A stretch of 63,836 nucleotides of DNA, filler included, from Gonapodya sp. JEL0774 (taxonomy: Eukaryota): assembly GCA_027604505.1 (NCBI GenBank). It is 3 parts of 3 records of this genome, joined end to end, with 100 filler letters (N's around TTAATTAATTAA, not from the genome) between each part and the next. Parts side by side here need not be neighbours in the genome. Positions count along the whole stretch, not along the records: positions 25,784 to 51,091 come from JADIIX010000225.1; positions 51,192 to 63,836 come from JADIIX010000338.1; 1 more part is not named here. One strand, given 5' to 3'. The notes under the pieces were generated by a model, which did not search any database, was not told the origin of the DNA, and saw only the letters and a list, made by a program, of their open reading frames with translations. Shown here piece by piece: positions 39,901 through 51,896 of this stretch; position 1 is the first letter of the stretch, and every line of letters begins with the position of its first letter. Both the position numbers and the translations under genes were made by a program.

Positions 39901-42900
39901 GCAAGTTAAATGTATGAGCAGATTCACATGCACTCTCAGGCAGAATCTGAACTACATACTTTTTTAGAAAATTGTTAGGAAGTATGGGGTTAACCCCACC
40001 CAGTTTGCTGCTGATAGTGGATACCAACAGAGAGTCCTAAGATCAATGACACAAACCATTGATGAGTTACAGATTCAGGATGCAGTGGTGTTAGCCAAAG
40101 GTTATGGTGTTCCAGAAATTCAGGTGAACTTATCTACCAGAATATTCTTTTTGATATTCAATTGAAAGTTATATCCTCAGGTTGTGTTTGCACAAATTAC
40201 TTGGTTGTTTAGTGGATGTACTGTTAGGGGAGCATCTTTTGAAAATCAACTTAAACAGCTCTTAATAGAGCTAAGTGGAAATTATGAGAGTGCATTGATG
40301 CAATTAAATGAGCTACATCCTGCAGTAAGTGTCCCTTACTGTACTACATCTGTTTGGACTGACTGAAAAACAATTAGGTTGTTCATTCCAATGAGCCCCT
40401 TCAACGCTCATTTTATGAATTTTATTGTGCCATTCTGCACCTTTCAAATGGAGTGAGTATATTCTATACAGCATCAAGATATGGTGGAATTTCTGGTTGA
40501 ACTTTTTTTCCCCCCTGAAGGAATCTACACTCTGGAGTCAGCTCCAGAATCGAATATCCTTACTAAAAGACTTAGAGTTGCTGAGAGCAGATGTCTCTCT
40601 GACAAAATTTGTTGCTGCTAATTATGAGGGAGAATTCAATGCTGCAAAACTACTCCTACCAATTGTTGAAACTGTCAAGGATTTGAATGTTACTGCAGCA
40701 TTGATTCCAAAGTATGCTGCTTTGTAATTCTGGTAATTCTATAATTTGCTGGTGATAACATCTTGCATGCATATTGTCAAATTTAGGATATCACAACTTC
40801 AGTACTTGGAAGTGTTCCCTGATGAGAAAATCAAATCTGAACAACACCTAGTTGCCATATCTCAATCAACCCTCCTCAGCACATTAGCATTGGTTCTTGC
40901 TAAAAAGCTTGCAAAAGATCAGTAAGTTTGCAAGTATCAGATGGCTGTTCTTGACAACAATCAAACTGTTCTGCTTTGATAAGAGATGTGCAGTTGCTTG
41001 GAACTGGGTTATTTGCCAAGCTTCTCCCCAATGACTTGATCACCCTTGTAAAGGAGATATTCTTTGGCAACCAAGTACAAAATTCTTTCTGCCTTGCAGT
41101 CCCTGAGTTTTTGATCTCATAGTTGTCTATAATTCAGGTATCTAGGTTTCCACAAGAAGTGCTTTTGAATGTTGTAGAGACTCTTGAGCTTGCAATCAGC
41201 ACTCAAAGCAAAAGTCCGATTGTAAGTGTACTAGCAATTGTTTAAACCAATACTGTGATTCTTATTTGAACCAATGCCAGATCTCTGAGTTGATGGAGAC
41301 CCTGAGCAAACTTTCCTTCTTGATGGATCTTAGTACCATACATGATCCAGATGGTGGGACAAAGCTGGAGGATGACACTCTGCTTGAGTTTGAGGATGCA
41401 TATCCAGTAGCAATATCTTTGGTCAGTGATGTGGGAAAGTATAAAGTAGGCTGAAGTACTTAATCCCTTGCATTTACTCAGGAGCAAGTTATCCATAACA
41501 TGATGGTTGATGGATATTTGCTAGTTTTGTCATACTCTGCTTTCTCTACTGTGGTTAGGCATATTGGGGACCAAAACAGTCTACGCCCATTTGAAGTCAT
41601 GTACACTCAGCTCATGGAATCTCTCATCCAGTAAGTTTTGTGTGGTTCTGAAACTTCCCCTTTTCATCAATGGTTGATTTAATTTTACCAAGAAATAAAG
41701 TGAATATCTCCAAAGAAGACTCTGATCTCTTTTGTGAACTTGTTTCAGTTGTCAGCAATTATCACACCCAGCATCCAGAGGCGCTTTGGATCCAAAAGCT
41801 TAGTCAACATGTGCTTGGAAAATTGAGAACCATTGCAAGAAATGTATCTGAACATTCTGGAGGAAGAAAGATAGCAATTGAATGTTTGAGGAAGGTGAGA
41901 TTGGACTGTTATTTGTGTGTTTGTGGCTTGTGTATTCCTCTGCTAAACTCTATCATTAGTTCTTCTCTAGTGACAGTCAAGACTTCAACACAATCTCTGC
42001 AGTAAAAATTTATGACATAGTCTGTGAGACATGGGGGAATATAGTAAATATAGAAATTAAGTTGTCTGATTTCTCTTGTTAACTTCTCTCTTCCACAACA
42101 GGCAGATCTTTTGCAGTTTGAGAGTATTGCAAGCCGTGCTGACATTTTTGCTCAAGTCCTTGCTAAGAGTGTACTCTCAGATAGCTCACATAAATCTGGA
42201 CTGAGAATGTTCTTGCAAGAGTGGTCACAAGGAACCATCGAATCTCAACATTTGATATCTTTACATAAAGCAGATCCTTATCTTGCCCAATCATGGGTCA
42301 TGATGCTTAAGAGGCTTGCAGATTATGGAGCAACAAATGATATAATTGATATCGGATTCACAGAGTGGAATTGTGGATTAGTACCAAAGCAGGTAGTTCT
42401 TGTCCAGAAGGACTTGTTTTGTGGATACAGATCAATGACACTTTTACTTCCTTACTAGGCACAGGAAGAGAGTTTGCAGTCTCTTCAGTCTTCAAAGTCA
42501 AAGGATTTGCAGACTGCGTTTATTCGGCTGTCTCTTCTGTCACCACACAGTGATCTTGTTGGCATGGCACTCTTGGATCTTGCAACAACTGTCTCAGTAC
42601 ATGCAGATTCTATCCTGCAAGATCGGTTGACTCATATTATACTCTGTGCTCGTGACCTTGAAACAGAAGTCCAAAGCAATGCCTACTTATGGTCCAACAT
42701 TGAGAAAACATTACTTACAACTCCAGTTCAAGGCTCAGAGACCCCAAGTGACATCAACATATATATGAAACTTGCCAATCATGTTATATATCATCTTTCT
42801 AGTAGTGGAAATTTTGTCCTTGCAGCCCGTTTGGCCTCTGAGTACAGAGGAACAGGAGAGTACTTGAAACATGGGGGAATGCCTGCAATAGGCCTCATTG

Positions 42901-43037
42901 TCCAGAGGTCAGTTGCCTTGTCCCATAAAGATACCACAAGTGTTGCCAGTAGTGTTGTCAGTAGTGGCAACATGGAATACAAGCTGATAATGGCACTGCT
43001 TTCAAGAAGTGGAGGAGATGTCTTGCAGAACACTTAA
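33960..43037 (+). CDS. NBAS: NBAS / Sec39 family ER tethering protein, many exons
   Basis: N-terminal propeller motifs LPWQLQASADGKTL and RKIAWSTDGKLVAVAESSGKVEVF; GQYEKAL...GMDTDIVYKARW; WYLTRALLIEARTG; LVLNAAWEYFDNA; QQELDLIEA. Consecutive + strand ORFs are joined by GT-AG introns. Confidence 0.85.
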
Positions 43038-43436
43038 GGCTAGTGTCCAAGAAATAACTGAGGACCAGCAGCACATCCAAAGTCAATAGATCTGACTTTG
43101 AGGGACCAATCCTTGACACTCACACACTGGAGATAGTATAAAGTAATCATTTTCACATCAATATATCTAGGCAATTCATTGATAGTAGTTGTGGGGTATG
43201 TGGCAGCAAAATGGGTGTGTAATCTTGAATGATAATGACCAGTGATGAGTTTCAGCCCCAGTATTTGACACATTTTTTTGCTTCCTGAAACTTATTCCTT
43301 GTCTCCCAGTCTAAAAATTATACTGCAAAGTGTCTACTACATGCTAATGCTAGATTGAAAGCAAGATGGTGTAGAAGAGGATTCAGACAAAGGCATAGCA
43401 TTGATTATATTCAGACATTTCTCATGATGCTACAAC

Positions 43437-44100
43437 AGGCCTGAAAACTATTGTGAGCTATACAATAATGAGATTTTGTGGGGGTTGGGGGTGGCTGTGA
43501 CATCTATCTATAGTTCTCAATCGCTTGGTCTCTGTGCACTACTGTGGCCACCAGTACTACACCTTCGCCCCAGACTCCAAGTCCAACTTCTCACTACATA
43601 ACTCCAACACCAGGAACGCTAGAGAGATTGCTCAAGTATCAAAACGCATCTACTCTTCAAGACTGTTCTAATGCGCCTATCAGCATCCTTCTATCACTGT
43701 CCGCTGTTGAGCTATTTGACATCCAAACTCAACCCTTACTTCAATACCTGTGGCACTCCTCAGGCCGCAATGTAATTGAATGTGTGATTGGCATATCCAA
43801 GAACTGCATTCAATCTCTGGAAAAAGGAACCAGGTTTTATCTATTTCAAGATCAAATCCGAGCTGTTGTTGCATGGTTCGTGATTCATAACTTCATCCAC
43901 CATCACAGCAACGGTGCAGATGACGACATTGCTTGTGAATTCAACCGGCTGAATCCCCTACTCCACCAACCAGAAGTGAATGCAGAGATTCTTAGAGCAG
44001 CTGGTGGGAGATCTCCGGCAAAGGTATGGAGGGATGCCTTGGCCAAGAAGATGTGGGACAAATACCTTGTGATTAGGGTGGAGCGTGGGGTCAGGAATAT
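43437..44100 (+). pseudogene. PIF/Harbinger DDE transposase C-terminal fragment, split by a solo-LTR-like insertion
   Basis: Removing 43466-43746 restores PENYCELYNLWHSSGRNVIECVIGISKN...QIRAVVAWFVIHNFI, matching the DDE_Tnp_4 motif ELFNxRHSSxRNVIER...HNFI. Confidence 0.8.
43466..43746. mobile_element. Solo-LTR-like element, copy 1 (~280 bp)
   Basis: Clearly homologous but diverged relative to 47679-47959. Ends are TAATGAG...CTTCAATA, resembling decayed TGTTG...CAACA. Confidence 0.7.
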
Positions 44101-44229
44101 AGCTGTTATTGACCCATACTGTTTTGTAGCCCACATTGTATTTCAAATGAATGGAATGAGCTTAAGCATCAAAATGTCCTTGAAACATGTTACTACTGTG
44201 TCTCAATAACTCATTGCAAACCTCCTGGA

Positions 44230-44990
44230 TGTGCCAGGCCATCAAACTCGCCGACTCTTCGCACTCCCCATTCCAATAAAAATGTCCGCCACCGTCCTAT
44301 TGCCAGCAAACCAAATTGCAAGGTCCGCATGCTCTGCATCTGTGAACCCATCCTCCACTGCAATGCGCAGCACTCTCGCAGCGAGATCCATTGCCATTTC
44401 TGCTTGTCCCATTAACCCCTGCACCAACGCATCCACCAACTTATCAAATCAAGCAATTTCCACCGGTTCAGATTGATCTGGGGTCAAAAACGTGCTTCCT
44501 TGTGGTTGGAGCCAGGGTGTGGGAGCTTCCACCGCCTGTTTCTGTCACTGCTATGGCCTCTTCCTCCACTGACTCCCCTCATGACCCACCAACAACTCTT
44601 GCTTGGACTGGAACAACCATCACCACATGCCTGCACCGAGAAACTGACAAACGTTGTAGGAGGGTTGTTTGTCCCACAATATAGTTCGATTATATGTCTC
44701 TTTAAATCCCAAGTATGCTGACATGAACTTGTAGGTCCAATGAACACAATGAGATTAAAGAACTTAGAGTTTGTAAATCGAAGAGACGAAGTGAAAGTCA
44801 ATGCTCAAACAGCAGTGTATTCCAACTATGTTCAGGCAGTACAACTAATCAAAGTTATCTTCACTCTACTGATACTCAGTCCTCTAACTCAAGATAGACA
44901 GCTTCAGTTGAGAAATACGACTTCTACAAATTTGAGTTCCAGCACCAAGAACTGACACTAGAACTCACTCAGAAAGACGCTTCCCAAAGC
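44230..44990 (-). pseudogene. Probable Harbinger Myb/SANT-like accessory protein remnant, convergent with the transposase
   Basis: C-terminus LAIWFAGNRTVADIFIGMGSAKSRRV and an upstream QICRSRISQLK-like segment. The convergent two-gene layout is typical of Harbinger. A GTGTGTTCAAA TIR-like end lies at ~45240-45250 next to TTAA. Confidence 0.45.
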
Positions 44991-46453
44991 ACTTCAGTTT
45001 GCAGAGTAACTTCTCTTTCCTGACCAAATGGACAACTTAACCAGCAGGCCAGAACTAAGTGATTACTTCACTCAATCCAAACAACAAGTCACTAAAAGGT
45101 ACTCAATCACTATAAAGATAATGATTAAAGCACCAAACGGGCCAACTAACGTTCATCCCTTCCTTAGCGGTCAATCTTAAGCCTTACCAAGCTTTCGCTT
45201 GCGTCTGGACTTAAAGAAAAGGACCGCCTCGGCCGAGGTTTGAACACACAATTAAGACCAAAAGAGCTTTTGTTCAGCCCGTTAGGCTACACACTGTTTC
45301 TTGCACAAATTGTAACTGCCCAACAATCACACAGAAAATTTGGCCATCCCTACTCACGAAAAAGATTTCTTTTCTTAACTTCGCTAAGTAAGGGGCGCAC
45401 GATTGTTCAAACGTTTAAAGTGTTTGTTTAACGTTTGTGTATTTGTCTGTTTCGAAATACTCGCTTTCCCCACTAATGGCAGCCCCCCTGATCTATGGCA
45501 AAATGGTCACGGGGGAACCCCCCAATAGGCACTTTGCACGCGCTCCTGCACCCAAACTACACATAATCCATATGCAATAACTTCCCGACCGATTCACAAC
45601 TAACTTTGAAACATCCAACTACAAGTGTTTTAAATCCCTCAATAATATGTTTGTCACTCTCGAATTTCAATTTCCAATCACTAATGTCCTTAGTGTTTAT
45701 GTACCCTTCTTCACTAGTTGGTACCATTGCATTCCCCAATTTCCCCACTACAACGTCTCCAGGCTGCAATCACACTCGCTGTCATTTTTTGAAGCAGTTT
45801 ACTCCCACATCGAGAGAGCAATCTTGATTGAGCTGAGATTCAAAGCAGTACAGTTGTTTTGATTTGCTTTCTACTAAGTATCTGTGCTCAAAGTTGTGTG
45901 GGGTTATCGAGTTTTCAGATTAAAGTCACCCTATTGTGTGGCATGGTGCATTGTCACTCATTTACAACATTTTCCCAGAATCTCAAACTGACTGAATTGC
46001 TCTACTAACACATGCAATAGTAAATAGAGCATTTGAAGAGCGTTGGAGGATTGGAACTGCATTGCCTCTCTACAGAGAGCAGATTTTGAGCCACCAGGGC
46101 CACAAAAGCACATTCGAACAGGAATTTGAGTGGAATTGGGGCGCCAAAGTATTGGTGTGAGCTTTGAACCTAAAATGCAGGTGCATGTGGATTGCCCAAG
46201 AGGTAATTCAACAATGATACAGCACAAGAGGCAGCAAACCCCAATGGCCTGATATCAAACATTCAGGAGTGGAAGACAGAGACTTCGAAGAGGTTTTGAT
46301 GAGACATGATATTATTGAGTCTGCAAACCAAACTATGGAGTTGACAGTGGCATTTTGTGGAGCTCATAAGCAATGCAGTTGTTACTTCACAGATGAACTG
46401 TGCACCAGCTAGTGGATATGATGGCAAAGAACAAAGGAGAATACCTCCATTAA

Positions 46454-48507
46454 CCCTTTCGCAACCACACGTCGAAATATCGGCGAAACACAAAATACCT
46501 TCGCAAAATTCAAAAACGAACGTACAACCGTTGCAAAAAATTTATTTAGCAAGTAACTACATTGTACATTTGGTATCCATTCCGAAGCAAGGGTGTTTGG
46601 TCATTGAATTGTGCAACAAGAGGTGGGTGAAGTGAGTGAGTCAGTGAGGCACTTTCAGATTGTTGGTGAGATCCCCAGAACCTTTGAGACTCAACGAGGA
46701 CAGAGCAGTGGATTAAGGATCATCGGGTTAAAGGTGGGCTGGATGTAGTCGCTCGGGATGCGCTCCAGATGCTCACTTACCTGTCTGTGCAGGTGTTCTC
46801 CTACCCTGTGGAACTCGGGTTTGGGCCGTTACTTCATCAATCATGACATCAGGAACGCAATTAACCTTCTATCATCACTGGGCAGCGCGTTTTTGGGGTT
46901 CAATGTGCTGCAGAAGGATCCTGGCTCACAGGTGGAGGAGCGGATTGTGGAAGGAGAACTTCCATCACCCAATGCCCTCACCAATATACCAATCTCCAGT
47001 CTCGGCGTACTAGATTGTCCAATACAAATGGATACACTATCGTTCAACTTCGGGACTGTGTTAGGGAGATTGCAAAACTGCTGGGATTGGGACGAGAGGA
47101 TGGAAGATAGCTGAATGGATTGTACAAAAGCTAGAAGACAAATACAATGAGATATTTGATGAACTAAAGGGTCGATGTGAAAGGGAGGCTCTGGAAGCTT
47201 CTTTGTTAGCGGAACCTGCAGTGTTGTTGGATAGTGGGAAGTGCAAACGGGGCTGTCCAAGCCGCACCTACGATGACAGTCCCCCTTCAAAAAGGCACCG
47301 AGCAATCTCAAAGCCATGGGACAAAGAACAACAGAGCCGTGGCCGACCTCCCAAGTGCAAACGGGGCCATGGTGGGTCTCACCATGTGAGTGATGACGAA
47401 CCAGCAACCCTTACAGTACCTGTCACCCTGGATGAGGTAATGACGTGGGAGAATGAAAGTGACTCAGTGTCTGTGACTGATGATAATGGGGACGATGGTG
47501 TAGGAATGGACAGTGATGGGGAGTGGGGTGACAGTGCAGAACACAATGACCTCTCACAACATGGTTCTGAGAGTGAGACTAGTGATGAGGATCACGCCAA
47601 GCTGTCTGACAGTGAAGTAGAAGAGGCAGAAGTGCAGAGAAAACAAAAAGGAAAGCAGCCAACAGCAAAAAAGTTACCTAATGAGCTTTTGAGGGGTTGG
47701 TGGCGGTTGCGACGTATCTGTATTATTCTCAATCGCTCCGTCACTGCGCACTACTGTGGTCACTACTACTGTACCTCTCGCCCTACACTCCATGTCCAAT
47801 TGCTCACTACATAACTCCACAACCAGGAACGCTAGAGAGATCGTTCAAGTACCAAAACACATCAACTCTTCAAGGCAGTTTCAATGCGCCTATTGGCGTC
47901 CTTAGATCACTGTCTGTTGTTGAGCTATTCAACATCCAAACTCCACCCATACTTCAATAGTACCCCACCCTCTCAATGCATGGAAAGGGACAGAGCTGCT
48001 CCAGGATGCAGAAGGCCCAGAAGTGCACCACTACAAATTCTCACAAGACCGAGAAGTGCAGTTTAGAGCACAAGTCAGACCCGACACACCACCACTCAAC
48101 TCCCCCGCGTTGGATGTGTTCAAGTGGTTGTGGGGTCCTGCTTTTGCATTGTTTCTGACATTTACAAACATAAACGCCACACAAAAGAAGAGAAAGCAGT
48201 ACTGGCCAGTGAATGGGGTCACAGAGGAACAAATCTGGGTGCACTTTGGACTCCAGATGGTCATGGCATTGGTTCGTGACTATGGAATGCAGTAGTAGCA
48301 CTCTCAACTTTTCATTCATGCTTTGTCTTCATTAGCACTTCCTCGTATCTGTGATTACTGGTCAACTAAATGGCCATTTGGAACAACCATTGTATCCAAC
48401 GTCATGTCACGGTGGATATTCGAGTCCATGCGGTGGATGATACCCAGCATCATGACTCGTTGGACAAAATCTTTAAGATTGGACCGATTGTTGATGCCAT
48501 GAACGAG
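46454..48507 (+). mobile_element. Truncated piggyBac-family element (left end plus decayed transposase N-half)
   Basis: TTAA|CCCTTT terminus at 46450-46459; acidic N-terminal region; SPALDVFKWLW...TNINA...VTEEQIWVHFGLQMVM...DYWST...VMSR...DKIFKIGPIVDAMN, the DDE_Tnp_1_7 pattern. Confidence 0.8.
47679..47959. mobile_element. Solo-LTR-like element, copy 2, with 5-bp TSD
   Basis: Flanked by TTACC/GTACC. Removing the element plus one TSD restores the piggyBac frame (KKLPHPLNAWKG). Confidence 0.75.
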
Positions 48508-49092
48508 CCCATTTTCCCATGTAGTGTCTGTTGTATGAGAAAAGACAAGTTTGGAGCTCCAACAATTTCTGTTGTCAGGACGCTCATTTTCAGCCATTCT
48601 TGCATGATTCTGGACTTTTCGCACCATTTTGACGACAATTGGAAGCAGAACCCGAACTTCTTCCCTCCCATCGATTACATTTTCGGATTTTCCATTACGA
48701 GAGCTTTCTTCCGAATCTTGATTCATCTAAAACGGACGATTTTTCGTGGAGATATTGCCATTCAAAGATTTTTGACGTTGGACGAAAATCGATTGCAAAT
48801 CGTGGCGTTGTCGCAAACGGTCGTTACAGCGACGCATTATTTGTAAAAAGAGCTTTCCATCGATACAAGTTTCATCCAAATTGGTTGGGATTTGGTTGAG
48901 AAATTCAACTCCAAAGTTTCAGTCTGGATCTCCCCATAGCCACATTCCACTTGATTGTTCTTATATTCAGAGCAATCCTCCGCTTCTTTCAGTGATTCTA
49001 AATAGTGGCTTTGTTATTTCTGAGGATTTAGCTGAGCCCAAGTGGATCACCAGTCTTTATTGTCTGACCACATTGAAACTCATTGAGAAGTT

Positions 49093-50084
49093 ATGTCAGC
49101 ATCTTCAACCCTCTCTATCAACTCAGTCCCACTGTTTAGTGGTACCAGTGGTGAAGATTATATTTTATGGAAGAATCAAGTTCAAGATGTTATTGAGCTG
49201 CAGAGACTGGGGAAGTTTGTGGAGTCAGCACCTTCTGCTTCTATTGATGATGAAGAGAAGCAATACTACCAGCAGGCTCGTGCAGTGATCATGAAAGGAC
49301 TAAAAGGGAGTGCATATCAGGCTGTGATGGACAGGAGTCAATTTCCATCTGCCTTTCATGTTTTGACAGAATTAGACAGACTTTACAAGAGCAAGTCTCA
49401 GATTTTTCAGGATCATCTTATGGATGATTATATCAGTTTACAGTTTGAGTTCCCATCAGAGAACCTCCAGTCATTCCTTACTAGAGCAAATGAGATGAGG
49501 AGCAGATTGGACACTATAGATTCATCTCAGAAAATTCCAGAGAGAATTCATCGGCATATACTTGTGAAAGCCATTTCATCTGTTGATGATTTCAAAGATT
49601 TCAGGACTGTTGTGTATGCTGGTCTTGGAGACAGTGAGAATCTCACTACTGAGAGGGTTTTAAGGGAGGCACGCCGTCTGGTGGAGAGTCGACAAAGGGA
49701 GTTGAGGGAATGTTATCGCAAGTTCCTGCAATGGTAGTTGACAGGACAGAGTCAGGCAGAGGTTCACCCTTAGAGTAGATCTTTGATTGTAAAGTCACCC
49801 AATACATATGAGGTTTTCTCTGCTTTTATATCCCTCGGTCTATTAAGTAATCTCCCCGTCAGTTATTTTCCCGTAAGTCCTAAGTCCATTGGGTGATGTG
49901 TTCCCAATGGAGTTGGTCTCCAAAGATTGTGCCAGTGCATAATCCAAGTGATCCAGTCGCTTACCCTGCGACTTCTAACAGGGAAAACTCTTCAGACCAT
50001 GCATCTGCAAATTATACAGCACATGGCAAGAAAGTGATCACATGTTTTGCATGTGGAAAACCTGAGCATACTGTGAAGTCTTGA
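49093..50084 (+). pseudogene. Ty1/copia-type Gag with zinc knuckle, interrupted by a solo LTR
   Basis: VPLFSGTSGEDYILWK...ARAVIM...LDRLY...LQSFL (copia Gag pattern). Excising 49711-49980 plus one TSD gives in-frame ELRENSSD...CFACGKPEHTVKS*. Confidence 0.75.
49711..49980. mobile_element. Solo LTR (270 bp)
   Basis: TGTTA...TAACA termini with a perfect GGGAA target-site duplication (49706-49710 and 49981-49985). Confidence 0.9.
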
Positions 50085-50108
50085 GTGAGATACCATTGGC
50101 GACACAAT

Positions 50109-50281
50109 TATTGGTATACTTTGGATTTGGACTCTAGAGTTGATTTGGGAAGGTGCTTGGATGTGTCATCGCTGCGTCATGTGTGGCACAGTCAGACAGA
50201 GTACATATAAGCAACCCATTTTCCCATGTAGTGTGTGTGTAAGAAAAAGACAAGTTTGGAGTTCCAACAGGTTATGAGCCC
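50109..50281 (+). mobile_element. Short copia-type LTR followed by a half-tRNA(iMet) primer-binding site
   Basis: Ends CCAACA (50269) and is followed immediately by GGTTATGAGCCC, like the copia PBS GGTTATGGGCCC. The 3' part is repeated at 48508-48564. Left boundary is approximate. Confidence 0.65.
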
Positions 50282-50388
50282 GGCTGCTCAACTTTGACAC
50301 AACTTTGAGAATCTGGACAAATTGGACAATTTGCAACAATGAGTGGTATCTGAGCCGTTTAACCGGTTTCGTCTGAGGATCCAACAGG

Positions 50389-50707
50389 ATGGATTTTGGA
50401 TGCAATAATTGTGGTGGCAGTGGCCATTTTGAGAGGGACTGCTTGAGTCCTCTTTGGTGTTATTACTGTGAAAGATTGCGACATTCTTCCTGTGATTGCA
50501 GTACGCCGCAGATTTGTCTCAATTGTGAGGGACAGGGACATTTTTTGTTTCAGTGCAGCAGTGGGTGGGAAGATCTGCAAGCACTCAAGTCATGAAGATA
50601 GTGTCAAGGAGCTTGCAAGTGATTGTTTGGAATGCGAATTGAGGGAGATTTTCATGCAATGCAGGGAATGTGGTGGAATGTACCACTTTGCTGAGGATCA
50701 TTGTTGA
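50389..50707 (+). pseudogene. Cluster of CCHC zinc knuckles (decayed)
   Basis: CNNCGGSGHFERDC, CYYCERLRHSSCDC and CLNCEGQGHFLFQC, then a frameshifted CRECGGMYHFAEDHC. Confidence 0.6.
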
Positions 50708-51191
50708 GATGGATGTTGGTTTGCTTATCGATATTTTCTCTGTGCACACAACTGAGCTTACAATTATCCCCTTCACCACGCCCAGATTGACATACAAGCC
50801 TTTTCCCACACTCTTTATATTCCTGAGAACAACCAAACTTGACAATCATTGGTCTGAGGAGCCATACTGGGGTGATTTCTGCAACACTGGCAAGAACTTG
50901 AAGAGAGCTTTACGTAGGGTGCACTCCACAACATCAAGGTTAGGTCGGGGTGTGCTGGAGCATTCAGGCCTTTGTCCCCTTACAAAGGGACTGCTTGTGT
51001 CTGACACAACCAAGCAAGGCCAATATAAAGATAATTCTGCTCAAACTAAGTTCTCAAACTCGTTTTCGTACTCATTTGATACCACCAATCCNNNNNNNNN
51101 NNNNNNNNNNNNNNNNNNNNNNNNNNNNNNNNNNNTTAATTAATTAANNNNNNNNNNNNNNNNNNNNNNNNNNNNNNNNNNNNNNNNNNNN

Positions 51192-51710
51192 GTCAATCAG
51201 TGATTACGCGCTGAGTCGCGGAGGAAGTGCAGAACCTGTTTGGGGAAACTCGAAGGGAGCAAAGAAGATCGTTCAACCTGCAGGCACTTATATGGCTCGT
51301 GGACAGGGACGAAACGGAATATGTGCTCGATTACCTTCGAGGACTGTATTTGGTTCTTATTTTGCAAACTGAATCCTAATCTAACGAGTGAGATGAGTGC
51401 TTTTATCTACGTGTTTTGTGGCTAAGCAGCTGCGCAGCGCAGCAGCGTCCTCCCGCTAAGTGCGCAGCAGAGGAGAGTCTGATGCATTTCTTGCGTCCAT
51501 CTAATCTATTTTCTATGTGCTTCTATTGTTGTTTGTCTGCCTGAACGGTGACGCCAGGTTTGACTGTTTCCTTCTTGCATTGAACGTTGGGGAACCTCGA
51601 TTGTTTATATTGCGCAGTCCATATTCTTCAATCCCTTTCGTCCATCTTTTGCACGGATCAAATGAGAAATAATTGTTTTCAAGATCCGAGTACACTCTTA
51701 GAGAATCACA
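51192..51710 (-). repeat. 3' LTR of the Gypsy element (distal end in gap)
   Basis: Direct repeat of 61920-62438, preceded on the - strand by purine-rich AGGAGGGGCGAACAA (~51718-51732). Confidence 0.93.
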
Positions 51711-51896
51711 GCTGTCATTGTTCGCCCCTCCTATAAAAGACCATAGAGTCGTTACTCTCAAAGACTCCCCCCTATAACTGAAAGTGTCCAAGTCTCCCAC
51801 GCACTTAGAAAAGATTGCAAAAGAAAGATGAGATAAAAAGAATGTCTGAGAACAGACACCTTGCCTTGGTAGACTGATTCATCAACTCCTCTCCTG

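Noticed and set aside
45930..46449. Helitron-like string (HQLVDMMAK) in decayed sequence
   Set aside because: Too degenerate, with no other Rep/helicase motifs or termini.
50082..50084. TGA at the last Cys of the Gag knuckle as selenocysteine
   Set aside because: It lies in an interrupted TE relic with no SECIS seen; simple decay is more likely.
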